Origin: Camelus ferus
Lineage: Eukaryota
Reading direction: 5' to 3'
Length of the DNA stretch: 64,000 nt
NCBI RefSeq assembly: GCF_009834535.1
Contig: NC_045697.1
Span: 1,986,001-2,050,000 of the forward strand
The position numbers were made by a program, and so were the translations under genes. Positions 62,243-64,000 of this stretch are shown one piece after another (position 1 is the stretch's first letter; each line of letters begins with the position of its first letter). The notes under the pieces were generated by a model. That model ran no database searches, had not been told where the DNA came from, and worked only from the letters and a program-made list of their open reading frames with translations.

Positions 62243-64000
62243 CACTGGAAATCAACTACAGAGAAACAAAGGAGATAAAAAGGAAAGCATGGAGATTAAA
62301 CAACATGCTATTAAAAAACCAGTGGGTCGATGATGAAATCAAAGTTGAAACTAAAAAACACCTTGAGACAAATGGAAATGAAAACACAACCACGCAGAAT
62401 TTATGGGACACAACAAAGGCAGTGCTAAGAGGGAAGTTTACAGCGATACAGGCCTTCCTCAAAAAATAAGAACAATCTCAAATAAACAATTTAACCCACC
62501 AGCCAAAAGAATTAGAAAAAGAAGGGAAAAAAACCCAAAAAGGCAGCAGAAAGAAGGAAATAATAAAGATCAGGGAGGAAATAAATAAAATAGAGATTAA
62601 AAAACAATAAAAAAATCAATCAAACCAAAAGCTGGTTTTTTGAAAAATAAAATCGACAAACCTCTGGCCAAACCCACAAAGAAGAAAAAAGAGAGAGCAC
62701 AAATAAGAAAAATAAGAAAGGAAAATGGAGAAATTACAACAAATAACATAGAAATACAGAATATCATAAGAGAATATTATGAAAAACTATATGGAACCAA
62801 ACTGGATAACCTAGAGGAGATGGACAAGTTTCTGGAAACATACAGTCCACCAGGACTGAACCAAGAAGAAACTGACCACTTAACAAGCTGATCACTGGAA
62901 ATGAAATCGAATTAGCAATAAAAAACCTCCCTACAAATTAAAGTCCAGGGCCGGACGGCTTCACCGGGGAATTCTACCAAACATACAAAGAAGAACTCAT
63001 ACCAGTCCTTCTCAAACTCTTCCAGAAGATTGAAAAGGAAGGAATACTCCCAAACTCATTCTATAAGCCACCATGACCCTGATAGCAAAACCAGGCAAAG
63101 ACACTACCAAAAAAGAGAATTACAGACCAATATCACTGATGAACGCGAAAATCCTCAACAAAATATTAGCAAATAGAACCCAACAGCACATAAAAAAGAT
63201 TATACATCATGACCAAGTGGGGTTCATCCCAAGGACACAAGGGTGGTTCAACACACGCAAATCAATCAATGTAATACATCACATCAACAAGAGAAAGGAC
63301 AAAAACCACATGATCATCTCAATCGATGCAGAAAAAGCTTTTGATAAAATTCAACACCCATTTATGATAAAAACTCTCGCCAAAGTGGGTATAGAGGGAA
63401 CATATCTCAACATAATAAAAGCTATATATGACAAACCTACAGCCAGCATAGTACTCAACGGTGAAACACTCAAAAGCTTCTCACTAAAATCTGGGACAAG
63501 ATGAGGCTGCCCACTATCACCACTCCTATTCAACATAGTCTTGGAAGTCCTAGCCACAGCAATCAGACAAGAGAGAGAAATAAAAGGGATCCAAATTGGA
63601 AAAGAAGAGGTAAAAGTGTCACTATATGCCGACGACATGTTACCATATATAGAAAACCCTAAAAGGTCCACACAAAACCTACTAGAGCTGATCGAAGAAT
63701 TCAGCAAGGTAGCAGGTTACAAGATTAACGTTCAAAAATCAGTTGCATTTCTTTACACTAACGATGAATCAACAGAAAAAGAAAGTAAAGAAACAATCTC
63801 CTTTAAAATAGCACCCAAAGTAATAAAATACCTAGGAGTCAATCTAACCAAGGAGGTGAAAGAATTACACACAGAAAACTATAAACCATTGATGAAGGAA
63901 AGTAAAGAAGACTTTAAAAAATGGAAAGATATCCCATGCTCCTGGATTGGAAGAATCAATATTGTTAAAATGGTCACACTGCCCAAGGCAATCTGCAGAT
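62243..64000 (+). mobile_element. Young 5'-truncated L1 ORF2 (end of endonuclease through RT), runs off the window; inactivated
   Basis: A-rich. Encodes [62 protein letters not shown] and YADD (63625-63636); in-frame stops at 62889 and 63502. Confidence 0.97.

Noticed and set aside
37140..64000. RGS12 coding exons (PDZ/PTB/RGS)
   Set aside because: No ORF in the track resembles these domains; the first coding exon presumably lies beyond the window.
62243..64000. Active L1 or cellular reverse transcriptase gene
   Set aside because: 5'-truncated with in-frame stops and frameshifts.

Overview
GC-rich mammalian genomic DNA, not prokaryotic. It is orthologous to the HTT-MSANTD1-RGS12 region (human 4p16.3). 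The L1 3' ends look cetartiodactyl, and I saw no ruminant, pig or whale SINEs, so a camelid is plausible (inference only). Contents in order: the end of the long HTT 3'UTR with its ATTAAA signal (1-~1575); a complete three-coding-exon MSANTD1 gene (join 6742-6995, 10494-10769, 12246-12486; 256 aa) with a compact X-box/CRE/TATA-like/Inr promoter; a transposon-rich interval (Charlie1, nested L1s, a long hAT-Tip100-type transposase fossil, MLT1 LTRs); a CpG-island promoter with a non-coding first exon at ~36.4-37.6 kb, assigned to RGS12 by synteny, followed by a 29-bp dimeric minisatellite; a second CpG island at ~59 kb; a U6 retrocopy; and young L1 ORF2 fragments. Almost all ORFs in the six-frame track are GC-content artefacts. 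I found no convincing previously undescribed biological system; the findings are local curiosities and testable regulatory hypotheses. Family and gene identifications come from my recollection of consensus sequences, not from a search, and repeat boundaries are approximate unless target-site duplications (TSDs) are given.
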